Shown in pieces: positions 62,872-64,000 of a DNA stretch of 64,000 nucleotides. How positions within the stretch are numbered: the first letter of the stretch is position 1; each line of letters opens with the position of its first letter. This DNA is from a virus (lineage: Duplodnaviria > Caudoviricetes), in the IMG/VR virus record IMGVR_UViG_3300011577_000001; one strand, 5' to 3'. Both the position numbers and the translations under genes were made by a program. The notes under the pieces are model-generated. The model was not told where the DNA came from, did not search any database, and worked only from the letters and a program-made list of their open reading frames with translations.

Positions 62872-62914
62872 TGATATCATTGAGCTATGTATTTTTTTAC
62901 TGCATTTGTAGGGA

Positions 62915-62943
62915 CAAAAAAAAGAGGGCCCCGAAGAGCCCCG
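62915..62943 (-). terminator. Terminator after an early gene
   Basis: GGGCTC-TTCG-GGGCCC then TCT8 on the minus strand. Confidence 0.8.
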
Positions 62944-62950
62944 ACTTTTA

Positions 62951-63349
62951 TTAAGGTATTTCAGGGAACCCAACGATCTTGAGGATCAGGTTCCGTTTGC
63001 GTCTGTACCAACCATCAGGCATCGCGGGTATTCCACGAGCTTCGGATTCTTTACGAATCTCTTCATCGGTCTTGAAGAGCAGGGGGACCGGGAAGTAGTG
63101 CCAGGCATTGGGTTGACCGTAACGCACCAAGGCGTGAGCAGCCTTGCGGCTCCACTCTTTCTCGGTGATACCTTTACGCAGTTCTTCTTTCAGTTGCTCT
63201 TGCAGTTCCTCAGGCGAGGACGGGTTGAGCAGACTGATGTAATGGGTGCTCTTCTTTTTGGATCGACGAGCAGCGTAGATAACGCCACCGAGTTCGTGGT
63301 GAACTTGGTTACCGTTACTGTAAGTGTGGGTGTAATATTCGCGAGTCAT
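62951..63349 (-). CDS. Early hypothetical protein
   Basis: 132 aa between an early promoter and a terminator. Confidence 0.7.
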   Translation of the reverse strand: MTREYYTHTYSNGNQVHHELGGVIYAARRSKKKSTHYISLLNPSSPEELQEQLKEELRKGITEKEWSRKAAHALVRYGQPNAWHYFPVPLLFKTDEEIRKESEARGIPAMPDGWYRRKRNLILKIVGFPEIP

Positions 63350-63401
63350 GATGAAGGTTACCTTCGAAGGCTATTAGGTTAGAGGTTTATCACCAACTAT
63401 T

Positions 63402-63421
63402 CACTCGGGTAATATGTATCT
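63402..63421 (-). promoter_or_regulatory. Early promoter
   Basis: AGATACATATTACCCGAGTG with upstream GATTCAAA. Confidence 0.75.
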
Positions 63422-63483
63422 GAAAGTAGTTTGAATCGACCCGAATAGAATGAGTGGGTTTTCTTTATATGGGGAGTTCTTAA

Positions 63484-64000
63484 ATGAACCGGTTACAACA
63501 ATTGGTGGAGGAAGGAGAACTTTCCTATACCTACAGTCCTGAGGGCATAGACCTTCTGGATGCAGCAGGGGTTGAAGTACCCACCAAGGAGATCTTTGTT
63601 CTTCTGACTGATACCAAGACTCTCGTGAGTAAGGTCAGTCGGATGGTGACGGGTGATCCTTATAACCACGTTTCCTTAATGCTGTCCGATAACTTCGACG
63701 ACGGGATCTACACGTTCAGTCTGGGCAACGGGATCAATGGCATAAAAGGCGGGTTCATGGTGGAAGACCGTGCCAACCTTAAAGGCTCACGGTACTCCAT
63801 GTATCGCATGGCTGTCACACAGGCGGTATACGACAAGATCAAAGCGCGGGTGACAGACTACATCAATGGGGTGGAGAAAACCTCCTACAACCACCTAGGG
63901 TTGTTTAACGCGATCTTCAAGAAGAACATCTTCAAGTCAGAAGACGATCAGACATCCATCTGTTCGGAGTTCGTAGTCGAAGTCTTGAAGTTCTCCGGCG
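63484..64000 (+). CDS. Permuted papain-like (NlpC/P60, YaeF/YiiX-type) amidase, runs off the window's right edge
   Basis: Translated by hand from ATG 63484 (SD GGGGAG): YNHVSL (His) precedes SYN..GL and ICSEFV (Cys). Confidence 0.75.
   Translation, partial: MNRLQQLVEEGELSYTYSPEGIDLLDAAGVEVPTKEIFVLLTDTKTLVSKVSRMVTGDPYNHVSLMLSDNFDDGIYTFSLGNGINGIKGGFMVEDRANLKGSRYSMYRMAVTQAVYDKIKARVTDYINGVEKTSYNHLGLFNAIFKKNIFKSEDDQTSICSEFVVEVLKFSG

Noticed and set aside
57721-62911. Short track ORFs overlapping tRNAs or structured RNAs (57721, 58155, 58453, 58976, 59342, 61888, 62058, 62594) and the first 25 codons of 60011-60721
   Set aside because: They overlap RNA genes, lack RBSs and have atypical composition.
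56956-63349. Loss of the PhuZ tubulin gene
   Set aside because: No tubulin motif in this window, but absence cannot be judged from part of the genome.

Overview
This 64-kb window is part of a nucleus-forming jumbo phage genome (Chimalliviridae, phiKZ-like). All homology calls come from motifs, synteny and recall of these families, not from a database search. Layout: (i) 1-10.8 kb, virion block with inner-body/head proteins carrying S-x-E protease sites, baseplate proteins and a HExxH metallopeptidase; (ii) the exonuclease half of a split family-B DNA polymerase; (iii) 12.5-22 kb, an accessory early region with a minimal nucleotidyltransferase, secreted CxxGWC proteins, an HslV-like protein, a DarG-like macrodomain and a structured small RNA; (iv) a tail/baseplate chaperone pair joined by a probable -1 frameshift, and a virion RNAP beta' fragment whose 3' end appears replaced by a GIY-YIG cassette; (v) the phage-nucleus block (SF2 helicase, four non-virion RNAP subunits, PicA, ChmC, SbcD-like nuclease, chimallin), the polymerase half of the DNA polymerase and a CYTH protein; (vi) 57.4-62.9 kb, a minus-strand RNA island. 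In that island nine tRNAs (two atypical) are interleaved with non-canonical structured RNAs: tRNA bodies whose anticodon loop is replaced by a long stem, twin ~155-nt cloverleaf-in-a-stem RNAs, CCA-terminated non-tRNAs and a ~640-nt multi-hairpin RNA. A Tad2 (DUF2829) fusion and an HNH endonuclease lie among them. The RNA island is the best candidate for an undescribed system. All RNA structures were folded by eye and need computational and experimental confirmation.
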